64,000 nt of DNA from Felis catus (Eukaryota): NCBI RefSeq assembly GCF_018350175.1, contig NC_058369.1:12526001-12590000 (forward strand). Direction: 5' to 3'. The notes under the pieces were generated by a model. The model had not been told where the DNA came from. It saw only the letters and a program-made list of their open reading frames with translations, and did no database searches. The position numbers and the translations under genes were made by a program. This document shows positions 12,971 through 26,730 of the stretch, piece by piece; the first letter of the stretch is position 1; every line of letters starts with the position of its first letter.

Positions 12971-13129
12971 GCAGCATGAACTGGATTTCCTGCCGCGGCA
13001 TCTCTGGAGGCATCGAGAGCCTGTTGGACGACTTTGACCTGTATGCCCCTTACCTGGACTGTCCGGAGGTCGGCCTGGTCCGGGAAGCCCTCCAGCTGTG
13101 CCGCCCGGCCCTGGAGCTCCGAGGCATGG
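12971..13129 (+). CDS. NWD1: NWD1 coding exon (SMNWISCRG...ELRGM)
   Basis: cccacag|GC ... G|gtgagt; frame consistent. Confidence 0.93.
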
Positions 13130-14389
13130 GTGAGTCGGCCTGGCGGGGGGGGCTTCACTCTGCACTGACTTCTAGAAGATCATTCTCCTCACCAAGACCC
13201 CAGCTGGATTTTCATTCGCCGGCACACCTTTCCTGTCTACGCCTGTGGGGTTTCTAGAATTTAGAATGGAAGCTGGAAGAGCTTTGGAGTGAAGCGTTTT
13301 CTAGAAAAAGGGCCAGATAGGAAAAATGTCAGGCAAAAATCGAGGAAATGATGTCAATATTAATATAATAAGAGAGAAAACACGTTCCCCCAACTTTTTT
13401 TATTGATAACACTTGAAACAGAATAGTAGTAGTTGAACGTGACTTTTTGTAACTCAAGTCTACTCAAGAGAAAGGAGTGGGGCGCCTGGGTGGCTCCGTC
13501 GGTGAAGCGTCCGACTTCGGCTCAGGTCATGATCTCACGGTTCGTGGGCTCGAGCCCCACATCGGGCTTGCTGCTGACAGTCAGAAGCTGGAGACGGCCT
13601 CGGATTCTGTGTCTCCCTCTCTCTCTGCCCCTCCCCTGCTCTCTCTCTCTCTCTCTCTCTCTCTCAAAAATAAACATTAAAAATTAAAAAAAAAAAAAGA
13701 AGGGGGCAATTTTTGTCCTAGGGGATGACATTTTGCCTAACCGGGGCTCAAAGTCGGCGTTTTAAGCGCACGGCTCAGGGACATCAGGCACTTTCCCACC
13801 CATCTCCAGAACCAGTTCATCTCGCAAAACTGAACCTGTGTCCCCATCAAACACAAACTCCTCATTCCCTTCCCCCAGCCCCGGGCACCCACCATCTACT
13901 GTCTGTGAATCTGACTACCGTAGGGACCTCATCCAAGTGGCCTCAGACAGCCTTGGCCCTTCCGTGTCTGGCTTCTTTCACTCGGCGTGATTTCCTCAGC
14001 GTTCGTCTATGTTGTAGCAGGCATCAGAATCTCCATCTTTAAAAGACAGGAAAGCATTGCGTTGGGCCGATGGACCTCATTTCGTTTCTCCATTCCTCCA
14101 CTGATGGACACTTGGGTCGTTTCTACTTATTGCCCGTTGTGACGAATGCTGCTGGGAACACAGGTATACAACTATCTTTTCAAGACCCTGCTTAAAAAAA
14201 CTCTCTGGAGTAGACACCCAGAAGTACAATTGTCGGATCAGATCGTAATTCGATGTTCATTTTTTCGAGAAACCACCATACGGCGGCTGCACCGTTTTAC
14301 GTTCCCGCCAGCAAGCAGCGCACGGGGGCTCCGATTTCTCTCTGTCCTCACCAGCCCTCGTCATTTCTGGTTTTTAAACTTAATTTTTT

Positions 14390-14830
14390 AAAAAAATTTT
14401 TTTTTTCAACGTTTATTTATTTTTGGGACAGAGAGAGACAGAGCATGAATGGGGGAGGGGCAGAGAGAGAGGGAGACACAGAATCGGAAACAGGCTCCAG
14501 GCTCTGAGCCATCAGCCCAGAGCCGGACGCGGGGCTCGAACTCCTGGACCGCGAGATCGTGACCTGGCTGAAGTCGGACGCTTAACCGACTGCGCCACCC
14601 AGGCGCCCCAAACTTAATTTTTTTTTTAACGTTTATTTATTTTTGAGACAGAGAGAGACAGAGCATGAACGGGGGAGGGGCAGAGAAAGAGGGAGACACA
14701 GAATCGGAAGAAGGCTCCAGGCTTTGAGCCATCAGCCCAGAGCCGGACGCGGGGCTCAAACTCACAGACCATGAGATCGTGACCTGAGCCGAAGTCGGCC
14801 GCCCAACCGACTGAGCCACCCAGGTGCCCC
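14390..14830 (-). mobile_element. Two adjacent CanSINEs, a young copy inserted in the tail of another
   Basis: tRNA-derived head, (CT)n region and A tail; TSD aaacttaatttttt. Confidence 0.9.
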
Positions 14831-15128
14831 CATTTTCTGGTTTTTAAAACACTGATAGTCATCCTGATGAGCGTGAGGTGGCCTGGGTGGTTGTTATCGT
14901 ACAATCCCCACCTGGTTTTGATGTGAGGGTTTTATAAGGAGTTTTATGAAGGTGCTTAAGTCCCTATATCCCTTCTGTGGCTCCCTTGGAGCTTAACCAA
15001 ATGCCCCTCCTGGGAGAAGCCTGTCCAGCCCCCACTGAGCCTGGACACCCTCCAGCCCCTGCATTCTTCACCACTACAACCCTTTTTCCATCTGTCTTAG
15101 CGCTTTTTTTTTTTTAATTTTTATTGGG

Positions 15129-15166
<38 letters not shown>

Positions 15167-15969
15167 CGCATGCACGAGGTGGGGAGGGGCAGAAGGAGAG
15201 AGAGAACCCCTAGCAGGCTCTACGCCCAGCACGGAGCCCGACATGGGGTTCGATACATGACTCTGGGGTCATGATCTGAGCCGAAATCAAGCCGTATGCT
15301 CAACCCACTGAGCCACCCAGGCGCCCCTGCCTTGGCTCGTAATTATTATTTCCATTGGTTTTCTTTTGCATCACCCGTGTGCCAAATTGCCAGCCCTACC
15401 ACATAGACCAGTCCTGGCCAAGAACACGGATTTTGAGCCCCACTGTGTTAATTCAAATCTGGGCCTTGCCACTTACTGGTAGTGTGACCTTGCAAGTCCC
15501 TGACGCTCCCCACCCCACCCCGCCTTGCTGTCCTCAGTCTTTCCATCTGCAAAATGGGGATGCTGGTCGACCCTCCTACCTACAGCTGTCCCCATGGGGC
15601 CATCCAAGGGGCCCGTTACTGTCATGACAGCACCAACCTTGTTGATGTGAATGGCCTTGGATGAGCCATTTCTGCACAGAGCCTCAGTTTCCATCATCTG
15701 CAAAATGTGGGATTGGACTAAAGCATGTCTAAGATGCCACCCAAGTGGAAGAGGCCGGTGCCCACCATCAGCTTATGCCTTTCTTGTGCATTTTTGCTCA
15801 CCAGTTGTAAACCTCACAGGGAGTGAGTTGCCAGGATAAACAGCCTTGGGAACAACTGCCCAGTTTGAGGGAAGAGTTAAAAGCCCAAATCACAGCATGT
15901 TCTTTGCAGGAATCCTTGATTAACAACCTGTGGCCGGCCCGGCACCAGCAGGTGTAGGAATGAATGTCA

Positions 15970-15983
15970 CCACCAGAGGGCGC
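15970..15983 (+). promoter_or_regulatory. CTCF core motif
   Basis: CCACCAGAGGGCGC is an exact match to CCASYAGRKGGCRS, in non-repetitive intron sequence. Confidence 0.6.
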
Positions 15984-17232
15984 AGCCGGCCAACCTTGAG
16001 CTCCAGCACATTCCAGGACTTGGAGCCTCCTCCAAAGCCCGCCAGCATTCCCAATTTCTCCTATTGCCTTAGGCTCCAGGATGATTGGGTGTGATGGCGT
16101 TTCTGACTCTATTTTTATTTTAAAAGCTGACTTTTTGTTCATCATGGGTTTGGGGAGGGCATTAATTTTGATTTTTTAAAAATATTGCATGGAAATAGTA
16201 TTTATCTTGATGGTTGTGTTTCTTGGTGCCGCCTTACATCTTGCACCCATGGTGAGTGGGGCACTTGACCCTGGTCCTGACCTTGCCTCATTCCACCTGC
16301 CAGCAAACCAAGGCACAAAGCTTTGTCACCATTGCCCCAAACCCCACAGTTAGGACAAGCCGACAGCAGAGACAATGAACTGCTTGCCTTCAGCGTCCCT
16401 GGTCTTCACTCAAGGTTGGAATAAAACTTTTTGGGTCAGATTCACACCTCCTACTGGCTGTGTGACCTTGTACAAGTTGCTTAACCTCTCTGAGCCTCAA
16501 TTTCCCCCTTTATGAACTTGGGATAATAATGATGGTATGTCTGTTGGGATAGGCAGAAAGCACTGCCCTCTCCAAAGATATATTCGCTTCCTAATCCTTG
16601 GAACCTGTGACTCTTGTCTTATGCGGCAAACGATGTGACTAAATTAAGGAATTTGAGATGGAGAGTTTATCCTGGATTATCCAGATGGGCTCGAAAGGCA
16701 ATCCCAAATGTCCTTATCAAACGGAAGCAGCCTTGATGGGCCTGTCTGGATTCAGCTTCGTGGTGGCTGTGGGCCCTTTAGCCTTGCTCTACATTTCACT
16801 GCTCAAGCTTGCTGCCTCAAAGCGGCCTCTACAACTTATCGGGTGTCTGTGATGTTCTAGGTGCTAAGAACAGAGCAATGAACGAGACAGACCTCATTCC
16901 TGTTTCAGGAAACTCAAGCTCTAGGGTAGTGAGGAGAGGCGGGGCCACGAAGAAAGGTTAATTGTAGCTGTGATGAGCTGGGGGGTGGGGCAGGTGGATT
17001 AGTGGGTTGGGCTGGAAACGGCTTTTTAAAGAAGTGGCCCTTTAGCTAAAATTAGGAGGTGATTAGCATGAGAAAGGGGGAAGGCCAGTCCAGGCCAAAG
17101 GCCCCCCCCCCCCCCCCCCCCCGGAGGCTAAGAACCACCTGGGGCCCTGGAAGTAGGGGTGAGTGTTTGGGGAGAGAGACAGAGGCAGGAGAAGATGGCC
17201 CTTCTCCTTAACGTGAGTCCCCTTTGTTGCAG

Positions 17233-17430
17233 AGAGGAGCATCCTATATACAGAACTCCTGGCCAGACTCCATTTCTTCATGACCTCACATCCGGCGCTG
17301 GTGGGACAGCTGTGCCAACAGGCCCAGAACTGGTTCCGGATGTGCCCACATCCTGTGCTGGTACCCCTCACGGGATTCCTCCAGCCCCCGGGAGGACCCC
17401 TCCGGGCAACCCTCACCGGCTGTCACAAGG
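17233..17430 (+). CDS. NWD1: NWD1 coding exon (RSILYTELLARL...LTGCHK)
   Basis: ttgcag|AG ... G|gtcagt; frame consistent. Confidence 0.93.
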
Positions 17431-17897
17431 GTCAGTCTCTGCGACTCTGCAAAAATCCTGCCAGGCCCCCTCATGCCTGAGGGCAGCGGACGGCAGGTGT
17501 TTCTGGCTGCTCCCTGGGGCTCTCCTCTGTCAGTAGAGGGAGGCCCCCGGGGTGCCATCAGGGCAAGCCCTTGCTGTCTCATGCTGACTCCACTCTCTCT
17601 GCCTCCCAGGGACTGTAGATTACTAGTGTAAATACCACTAATGAGCCCAGAGCAAGGAGGTGCTGGCTGCCTCTAAGAATCGAGTGCCCATCTTACAGAT
17701 AGTTTCTGGGATTTACTGGCTCGTGCTGGTAAGTCCAAAAGCTAGGGATTGTGTCCGACTGGTCCCTGAGAGGCTGGTGGAACTCATGGATTCTCCTGGG
17801 ACACCAAAATGTCAGAGAAATTAGAGGACTTAGTTCCCTCTATTCATGTGTTATCCCTTGCTTCCCTCCTTTCTGTCTGTCCTTCCATCCATCCACC

Positions 17898-17975
17898 CTT
17901 CCTTCCTTCCTTCCTTCCTTCCTTCCTTCCTTCCTTCCTTCCTTCCTTCCTTCCCCTCCTTCCTTCCTTTCTTCC
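17898..17975. repeat. (TTCC)n microsatellite
   Basis: Seen directly. Confidence 0.9.
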
Positions 17976-18629
17976 TTCCCTCCACCTGTCAGTCCATTAG
18001 CTATCTTTCAGCCCTCTGTCCACACCACTCATCTTTCCATTTCACTCTGAACATCTTCCATTCACTCACCCCACCACCCATCTGTGCACCCAGCCATTCA
18101 TCAACCCGCCCACCCATCGATCGGTTGATTCATCTATCTACTCATCTAACATCCACCCATCCACTCACCCACTTATCCAGCCAGCCATCTAGCTATCCGC
18201 TCATGCCCCAGTCTACCTCCATTCCTCCACCCCTTTATCTGCCCACCCATAACTTCTTGCATTATTGAAAGGCCAGCAAATACAATTAAGTTGTGGCTCG
18301 AATGTCAGTTATTGCAAGTCGGGCCATTTCTGTGCCACATGGCCCTGTAGGGAGAGCTACACTCCCAAGGCATAGTGCTTCCAAAACAGAAGTTCTAAGA
18401 GACGAAGTACCATACATGGAGGAACTGATTTAGGGACAGCCGCTAGAATGCTGTGTTCAGAAGGGAATCTGATTTGATGGAGACTATCTTTATTAGGTTA
18501 CAAGTTCAAATGGCTGTAACAAGGGACAAAATAGCAGTGGCTTAAATAAAAAAGCAGTTCATTTCCTCCCACTCCCACACAACAGTCCAGGCATAAGTAG
18601 AGGTAACACTGTGTCTCCAAGGTGTCAGG

Positions 18630-19538
18630 TGTTAGAAATAAGCCCACTTGGGGCGCCTGGGTGGCGCAGTCGGTTAAGCCTCCGACTTCAGCCAGGTCAC
18701 GATCTCGCGGTCCGTGAGTTCGAGCCCCGCGTCAGGCTCTGGGCTGATGGCCTGGAGCCTGTTTCCGATTCTGTGTCTCCCTCTCTCTCTGCCCCACCCC
18801 CGTTCATGCTCTGTCTCTCTCTCTCCCAAAAATAAATAAACGTTGAAAAAAAATTAAAAAAAAAAGAAAAGAAAAGAAATAAGTCCACTGCCCCAATCAA
18901 AGGAGCGACACGGACTCAGAGCACAGGGAAACTAGGGTTTAAGCAACCAAGAGCAGGTGTCTGATGGACAGGCACAGTTGGGGCAGTTACAGCAGGCAAT
19001 TTATCGCCTAGCGTGTAAGTCCCTCCCCTGGTTCCTCATTGGCTGAGCACTACAGAGGCAAGTCCCTCCCCTGGTCCCTCACTGGCTGAGCCTACAGAGG
19101 CAAGTCCCTCCCCTCGTTCCTCACTGGCTGAGCACTACAGAGGCAAGTTCCTCCCCTCATTGGCTGAGTACTACAGAGGCAAGTCCCTCCTCTGGTTCCT
19201 CATTGGCTGAGTACTGCAGAGGTTGCAGCCTTACTGGTAGTCGCCTATGTCCACGTAAGGCAAAAAGTCTGATTGGAACGCATGTACCTTCCCCTTCCCG
19301 AGGTGACACAGAGACTTCAGTCCTTTGGCGCGTGCTCATTGCAAACCCCGCGAAAAATAAGCCCGCGAAACTCAGAGGGGACGAAGAACCTGGAAGTGAA
19401 GTGTGTAAGGGTTTGGGACTCCATTGTGGGGGAGGGGGTTCGGACATACTTCCAATAGGTTGTAAAACTACTGTCGATGAGACAGCACAGCTTTTATTTG
19501 GTATTTCTGAAAATGAATCATCTCCCTTACTTCTCGCA
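18630..19538 (-). mobile_element. ERV solo LTR with five ~43-bp tandem repeats and a nested CanSINE
   Basis: TG...CA termini; 5-bp TSD TCAGG (18625-18629 / 19539-19543); tandem repeats 19017-19222; nested SINE ~18650-18875 with TSD agaaataag(c/t)ccact; sits in an MLT1-like element. Confidence 0.75.
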
Positions 19539-20557
19539 TCAGGGACCTAGACTCAGTCTTGTTGCTCTGCCATTTTCAATGTCAAACTAACATTTGACGG
19601 CTTAACAGTGGCCGTTCCAGCCCCGACCAATAGGATGGCCTTTCGGCCAGTAGGAAGTGGGAAGGGGAGGTGGATGGCAGACCCCTTCCCTTTGAGGGAG
19701 TGGTCTAGAAGCAGAATTTATCGGGTCTGTGAGAAGTGTCTCCTTGGTAAGATCTTGGCCATCTGCTGCTGCAAGGGAGCTTGGGAAATATGGCCTTTGT
19801 CCCGGTGAATGCGCACTCAGCTAACACCTGTGGGCTGTGGGCTTTGTTACAAAAAGAAGTCTGACCGGATGGCTATGGGGGACAAATCACAGACAGTGCA
19901 GTGACTGATTAGGAAGTGGCAGTCACAGAGAAGTTTTTGTTTTTGCCACCCCCCCGGGTAGGGAGACGTTTTGTGTTCCAGACCCACTGTGCCTCTGTAG
20001 GAGCCCTAGTTATGTCAAAGCTCGGAAAGTTTCTACCCACTCCGGGCTTCAGTTTTTTGATTTGCTAAATGAGAAGTTTGAGCTCACATTTCCAGGGTCA
20101 CACAGTGAATGACCAGAGAAAGAAAGAAGAGGAAAGGAAAGAGAAAAGGAAAGAAAAACAAATCCCATCTCCGTACTCCCTGTCCCAGTGAGGTGGGAAC
20201 AAAATACAGTCCTCTCAGACTTGGACTGGCTCTGATTTCAACTTTCCCCTATTTTATATATGGGAAACTGAGGCACTGAGCGGGGAAAGGAATCGCCCCT
20301 GCATAAGAACCGCTGAGCTTGGGAGGCACTTAGGACCTAGCGTCGTCCCTAAGAGCAACATGGACATTGCAGTCGAGATCTGAATCTGGCGTCTGACAGT
20401 GCTGGAACTTTCTAGGTGTGTGGCTCTGGACAAGGGGCTGAATCTGTGCCTCAGTTTCCCTATCTGTGAAGCGCGGGCCCATTAGAGGGCCCCATGGCTG
20501 AGGGCTCAGACACAGGAGCTGACGTGGTCGCTGGCTGTTGTCTCTGTGTGGCTGCAG

Positions 20558-20680
20558 GCATCACGGCCATGGCGTGGAGCGTGGAAGAGAGGCTGCTGGT
20601 TGTCGGCACCCAGGATGGCACCGTGGCTGTGTGGGACACGGAAGAACATCAGGTGATCCATATGCACATGGGACACACAG
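20558..20680 (+). CDS. NWD1: NWD1 coding exon, WD40 repeat (ITAMAW...VAVWD...GHT)
   Basis: gctgcag|GC ... G|gtgagg; WD40 signature. Confidence 0.93.
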
Positions 20681-22869
20681 GTGAGGCCTGGAAAGTGGGC
20701 TTTGTCAACTTCGTCATCAAGATAGATAAGGTTTCGGGGCACCTGTGTGGCTCAGTTGGTTTGAACATCCAACTTCGGCTCAGGTCACGATCTCGCGGTT
20801 TGTGGGTTCGAGCCCCGCCTCGGGCTCTGTGCTGATGGCTCAGAGCCTGGAGCCTGCTTCGGATTCTGTGTCTCCCTCTCTCTCAGCCCCTCCCCCGTTC
20901 ATGCTCTGTCTCTCTCTCAAAAATAAATAAGGATAAAACAAAATTTTTTTTAAGATAAATAAGATTTCAATAGAATATTTTTAAAAATCAAAATTAATGC
21001 AAAAAAAAAAATCCACCATGAATAAATATCAAGCTGTCTTAAAGACAGGATTGGCAAGAGCACTGTGCCAAGCCATATGGGAGCCAAGGGCAAAACGGAA
21101 GCTCGGTAATTTGGCACCTCCTTAAATTTGGCACCCAAAATGAGTGCCTCGCTCACCTTACCTTAACACTGGCCCGAGTCAGACTCAGGCATTTGGGAAG
21201 GCGAAATATAGTTATGGATGGTAATCAGGGCAACAAGATGTCTGAGCAGCAGTCCAAGTGACCGACTTAGGACAGTTAGGTAAAGCATTTCTCCCAGCTG
21301 GGGATGCTTCGGCCAAGACACAAAGGGCGTGAAGAAAGAAGGGTGCAAAGGGCAGGGACAGGGGAGGGAGGCTGGTGTGTTTACAGAACAGCAAGGTCGG
21401 CGCGAGGCTGGAGCTTGAGACATTATAGCAAATCAAAGAAGCCAGTCACAAAAGCCCACAGTCAGTCTGATTTGTTTATACAAAATGTCCAGAACAGGCA
21501 GATCTAGAGAGACACAAAACAGATTAGTTGTTGCTGGTTGGGGAGGGAGGAATGGGAAGTGATTGCTCATGAGGACGGGGGTTCCTTTTGGGGGTGATGG
21601 AAATGTTCCGGAATCAGATAGGGGTGACGGTTGCACAGCATTGCGAATGTGTTAGATGCCAATGAATTACACGCCTCCAAATGGTTTAAACGACAAGGAG
21701 AGAAAGGGGGAGGGAATGCCAGCTTTTTGAGGTTTTGAAAACACTCTGAATGTAGACTGTGGTGATGGTGTCACAGCTCTGTGACCACACAAAGACCAAC
21801 GAATTGTACCGTCATACATGGGATGGGGGAATTTCATGCTTGTGAATTATATTTCAATAAAGATGTTAAAATTATTTTATCATTATGGAGCTTCTGGGTG
21901 GCTTAGTCTGTTGAGCAACCGACTCTCGATTTTGACTCAGGTCATGATCCCAGGGTTGTGGGATCGAGCCCCGAGTCAGGCTCTGCATTGAGCATGGAGC
22001 CTGCTTAAGATTCTCTCTTTCTCCCTCTGCCCCTCCTTCACTTGCTCTCTCTCTCTCTCTCTCTAAAAAATATATGTCACTGCAATTTAAGTATGTACAG
22101 TTTTATAATTTTTTCTCAACATTTTGCCATAACCAATCTTTTATTTCCATTGAATCTTTTTTTTAAAAACAACTTTATTGAGGTGTAATTGACATACCAT
22201 TTCATCTGTTTTAAGTGTAATGCAACAATTTTTAGATTTACTGAGTTGTACAACCATCACCCTAATGCTAGAACTTTCCATCACCCCAAGGAGTCCTCTC
22301 TGCACGGCCCGCCTTCTGTGGAGTACATCTCCACTCTCACACCCAGCCCCATGGCAACCACCCATGTGCTTCCTGGATCTATCAACTTTCTGGTGCTGGA
22401 CATTCGATGTGGAAGGAACAGTATCCGTATCAGTCGGAGGGCATTTACATTGTTTCCAACTTGAGGCTGCTGGGATTCTTGCTGTTGTGAGCTGGGATTC
22501 TTGCTGTTGTGATCCATCCAGTGTCACATTTATCATGTTTAAATGCAGCAACATATTTCATTCTTCTCAACAGATAATGTTCCAGAATGTATTAAATGAT
22601 TTTTAAAAATTTTTTTATTTTGACTTGTTTTATTTTGTATTATTATTTTTTAATTTTTTTAATGTTCATTTATTTTTGACAGAGAGAGAGATGGGGCATG
22701 AGTGGGGGAGGGGAAGAGAGAGAGGAAGACACAGAATCTGAAACAGGCTCCAGGTTCTGAGCTGTCAGCACAGAGCCTGACGCGGGGCTTGAACTCACGG
22801 ACCCCGAGATCATGACCTGAGCCGATGTCAGACGCTCAACCGACTCAGCCACCCAGGCGCCCCTTATTT

Positions 22870-23478
22870 TTATAAATTGACGTCCAAATTAGTTAGCATA
22901 TAGTGCAACAATGATTTCAGGAGTAGATTCCTTAGTGCCCTTTACCATTTAGCCCATCCCCCCTCCCACAACCCCTCCTGTAACCCTCAGTTTGTTCTCC
23001 ATATTTATGAGTCTCTTCTGTTTTGTCCCCCTCCCTGTTTTTATATTATTTTTGTTTCCCTTCCCTTATGTTCATCCGTTTTGTCTCTTAAAGTCCTCAC
23101 ATGAGTGAAATCATATGATTTTTGTCTTTCTCTGACTAATTTCACTTAGCATAATACCCTCCAGTTCCATCCACGTAGTTGCAAATGGCAAGATTTCATT
23201 CTTTTTCCTTGTCGAGTAATGTTCCATTGTATATACATACCACATCTTCTTTATCCGTTCATCCATCGATGGACATTTGGGCTCTTTCCATACTTTGGCT
23301 ACTGTTGATGGTGCTGCTATAAACATGGGGGTGCACGTGTCCCTTCGAAACAGCACACCTGTATCCCGTGGATAAATGCCTAATAGTGCAATTGCTGGGT
23401 CATAGAGTAGTTCTATTTTTAATTTTTGAGAAACCTCCATACTGTTTTCCAGAGTGGCTGCACCAGCTTGCATTCCCA
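22870..23478 (-). mobile_element. 5'-truncated carnivore L1 (ORF2 C-terminus plus 3' UTR)
   Basis: KIELLYDPAIALLGIYP...KKNEILPFATTW; TSD attaaatgattttt 22591-22604 / 23478-23491; a SINE is inserted in its tail. Confidence 0.9.
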
Positions 23479-25589
23479 TTAAATGATTTTTTTTTAATTT
23501 ATTTTATTTCGGGGCACCTGGGTGGCTCAGTCAGTTAAGCGTCCGACTTTGGCTTAGGTCATGATCTGACAGCTTGTATGTTCAAGACCCCTGCGTCAGG
23601 CTCTTTGCTGACAGCTCACAGCCTGGAGCCTGCTGAGGATTCTGTCTCTCTCTCTCTCTGCCCCTCCCCTGATCACTGTCTCTCTTTCTCTCTCAACATA
23701 AAAATTAAAACATTAAAAAGTTTTTTAAGTTTATTTTTATTTCATTCATTTTTTTAAATTTTTGTTATTTAGGCTATTTCTAGTGTTCTGCTATTATGGA
23801 TTCTACTGTGATGAATCTCTTTTTACTCTCATCAACATTTTTTTCCTTCTGTTGAATATTTCCAGTGAGTAGGAGTCTTGAACTGGAGGATGTGAGCATT
23901 TCTATGGGTTTTGAGAAGTGTGTATGTAACAGAATAAACTGCCCCCCCCCCCCCGACCCCAAAGCTGCCAGCATCAGACGTCCTCAACATATTCTTTTTT
24001 TTTTTTCCCAAGAGCTGGGAATGACGTGGGTACTGATAGAGTATCTGTCAGATTCCATTCATTTTATTATCATCAGGATGGCTAGTTTCACATAGGTCTA
24101 TCCGATATTTGTATTTTTGTGTGCGTGGGCCATCTGTCCAGGACCTGAACCCATTTACCCGTGGACCTTGATTCATTTTTTAAAAAGTCATCAACGGGGC
24201 ACCCGGGTAGCTCAGTCGGTTAAGCGTCCGACTTCAGCTCAGGTCATGATCTCACGGTCCGTGAGTTCGAGCCCCACGTCGGGCTCTGTGCCAACAGTTC
24301 AGAGAGCCTGGAGCCTGTTTCCGATTCTGTGTCTCCCTCTCTCTCTGCCCCTCCCCCACTCATACTCTGATTCTCTTTCTCTCTCAAAATAAGTAAACAC
24401 ACACACACAAAATTTCCCGTTACATGCCAGCAAGCTGGACGTGGTTTGCCCTGGTGTTTGCAAGAGACCTGATTGCGAAGTTCTCAGGAATGTGGTGAGG
24501 CAGTGATCACAGGCATTATCAAATATGAAATTTTAGAAGCTTGCAGTTAAGTCCATTCCATTAAAACAAGGTAATACATATCCCAAACTCATCACTTTCT
24601 TTTTTGTGTGTTTATTTATTTTGAGAGAGAGAGAGAGCGAGCGTGAACAAGCTCCAGCAGGGGAGGGGCAGAGAGAGAGGTGGAGAGAGAGAATCCCAAG
24701 AAGAGAGAATCCCGAGCTGAGAGTGCAGAGCCCAACCTGGGGCTTGAATTCAAGAGCGGCGAGATCATGACCTGAGCGGAAACCATGAATCAGACGCTCA
24801 ACTTTAACCGACTGAGCCACCCAGACGCCCCAAAACTTATTACTTTCAAAGTATTATACTGCACTTTCCTACCCGTGTGCTTGGCTACCATACCCGCAAG
24901 GCGGAAATGGGCTGCTACTGAACTCTCTTCACAACCTTATATTCAATGAGGAGTCATGTTAGTGGCTTGAAATCAACCACGGGCGGGAATAGTTACACCA
25001 AGGAAATTGACAAAATGCCACAAGTCAGGGCTTCCCCCAACCCCTCTGGAGAGTCTGTTGTTCATCATTTATCAGCATATTGTTGTTCTAGTCCCTTCCC
25101 CCAGCAGGTGTTCGGATATACACAAATATATACAGTTTTATATATAGTCATCTAAGCCTTTGCTTGCATAACCTTTTGGTTTTTTCAGTTAACATCACAT
25201 AGTTTGCCTCTTTCCACATTGTGTGTATGTCTCTAATTCATTTTTACTGTGACATGGTGTTCCACATACGGAGATATTTTGCAACACGTTACTATTCATA
25301 AAACTTTTGGTTGAAAAATACCCAAACCACAACAAATCAAAATTACCCACTGTCCTACTGTCCTTTGAATTGTAAAGAGATAAAACTCCCTTTAGTCTCT
25401 CCCACCCTTCAGTCTCCGTGGAACTGATTGGTAGTCAGAGTTTATTAAATGCCAGAACTAATTTTTTTCTAGGCTTATGCAGATGTAGCTCTGTTTAAGT
25501 TCATGTACTTTGAGTTTTTGTCAAAAGCAGATGGTACTATTTTATACACTGGGCTGTAACTTGCTTTTGTCACAATATATTGTAGAATA

Positions 25590-25815
25590 GGGGTGCCTGG
25601 GTGGCGCGGTCGGTTAAGCGTCCGACTTCAGCCAGGTCACGATCTCGCGCTCCGTGAGTTCGAGCCCCGCGTCAGGCTCTGGGCTGATGGCTCGGAGCCT
25701 GGAGCCTGTTTCCGATTCTGTGTCTCCCTCTCTCTCTGCCCCTCCCCCGTTCATGCTCTGTCTCTCTCTGTCCCAAAAATAAATAAACGTTGAAAAAAAA
25801 ATTAAAAAAATATAT
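25590..25815 (+). mobile_element. Young Felidae CanSINE
   Basis: ggggtgcctgggtggcgcggtcggttaagcg head; TSD tatattgtagaata. Confidence 0.9.
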
Positions 25816-26730
25816 ATATATTGTAGAATATATCACGTAGAGGTTGAGAGCTTGAGTTCTGGGCTGGAGTCCTGGCTCCACGACTTATTAATCATGTGGT
25901 TTGGGATAAGTTACTGTACTCAGCTGTGCCTCAGTTTCCATATCTATGCAATGGGATAATAATAGTACCTCGCACAATTTTTATGAGATTAAAGGAGTTT
26001 AATGCATGGAAACTACTAACCACTATGCTTGGCACATAGAAAGCCCTCAGTAAGTATTGGCTGTTGTAATAATTTATTATAGTTAGGTGTATATATACAT
26101 CTATCTTATTATTTTTAATGGCTTTGTAATATTCTTTATACAGATACACCATATTCTTTAACAACTCCCTTTTCATAAACAGGTTGTTTGCAATTTTCTT
26201 TTTATAAGACAATGCTGCAATTAACGTCTGACATCTTCACACACTTATGCTATTATTTCTATAGGACACATTCTTTTTTTTTTTAATTTTTTAATGTTTA
26301 TTTATTTTTGAGAGAGAGAGAGGGAGAGAAAGAGCACGAGCAGGGGAGGGGCAGAGAGAGAGGGAGACACAGAATCTGAAGCGGGCTCCAGTCTCCAAGC
26401 TGTCAGCACAGAACCCGACGGGGTCTCAAACTCACGAGCCGAGAGATCATGACCCGAGCCGAAATCAGATGCTCAGCCGACTGAGCCACCCAGGCGCCCC
26501 TCTGTAAGACACATTCTTAAAAGTGGGATTTCTGAGTCAAATTGTATGCACATTTTTCCTTTTTCCCTTTTTTTTCTGAGCATTTTATTTTGAAATAATT
26601 CTAGACTCATAAGAAGTTGCTAAAATAGTGCAGAAAAGTCCCACATACCCTTTATCCACCATAGAAATGCTCACATCCTCCAGTTCAAGACTCTTACTCA
26701 TTGGAAATATTCAACAGAAGGTTGATGAGA

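Noticed and set aside
19017..19222. Regular ~43-bp repeats resembling a CRISPR array
   Set aside because: The units are contiguous with no unique spacers, lie inside an LTR in mammalian DNA, and there are no cas genes.
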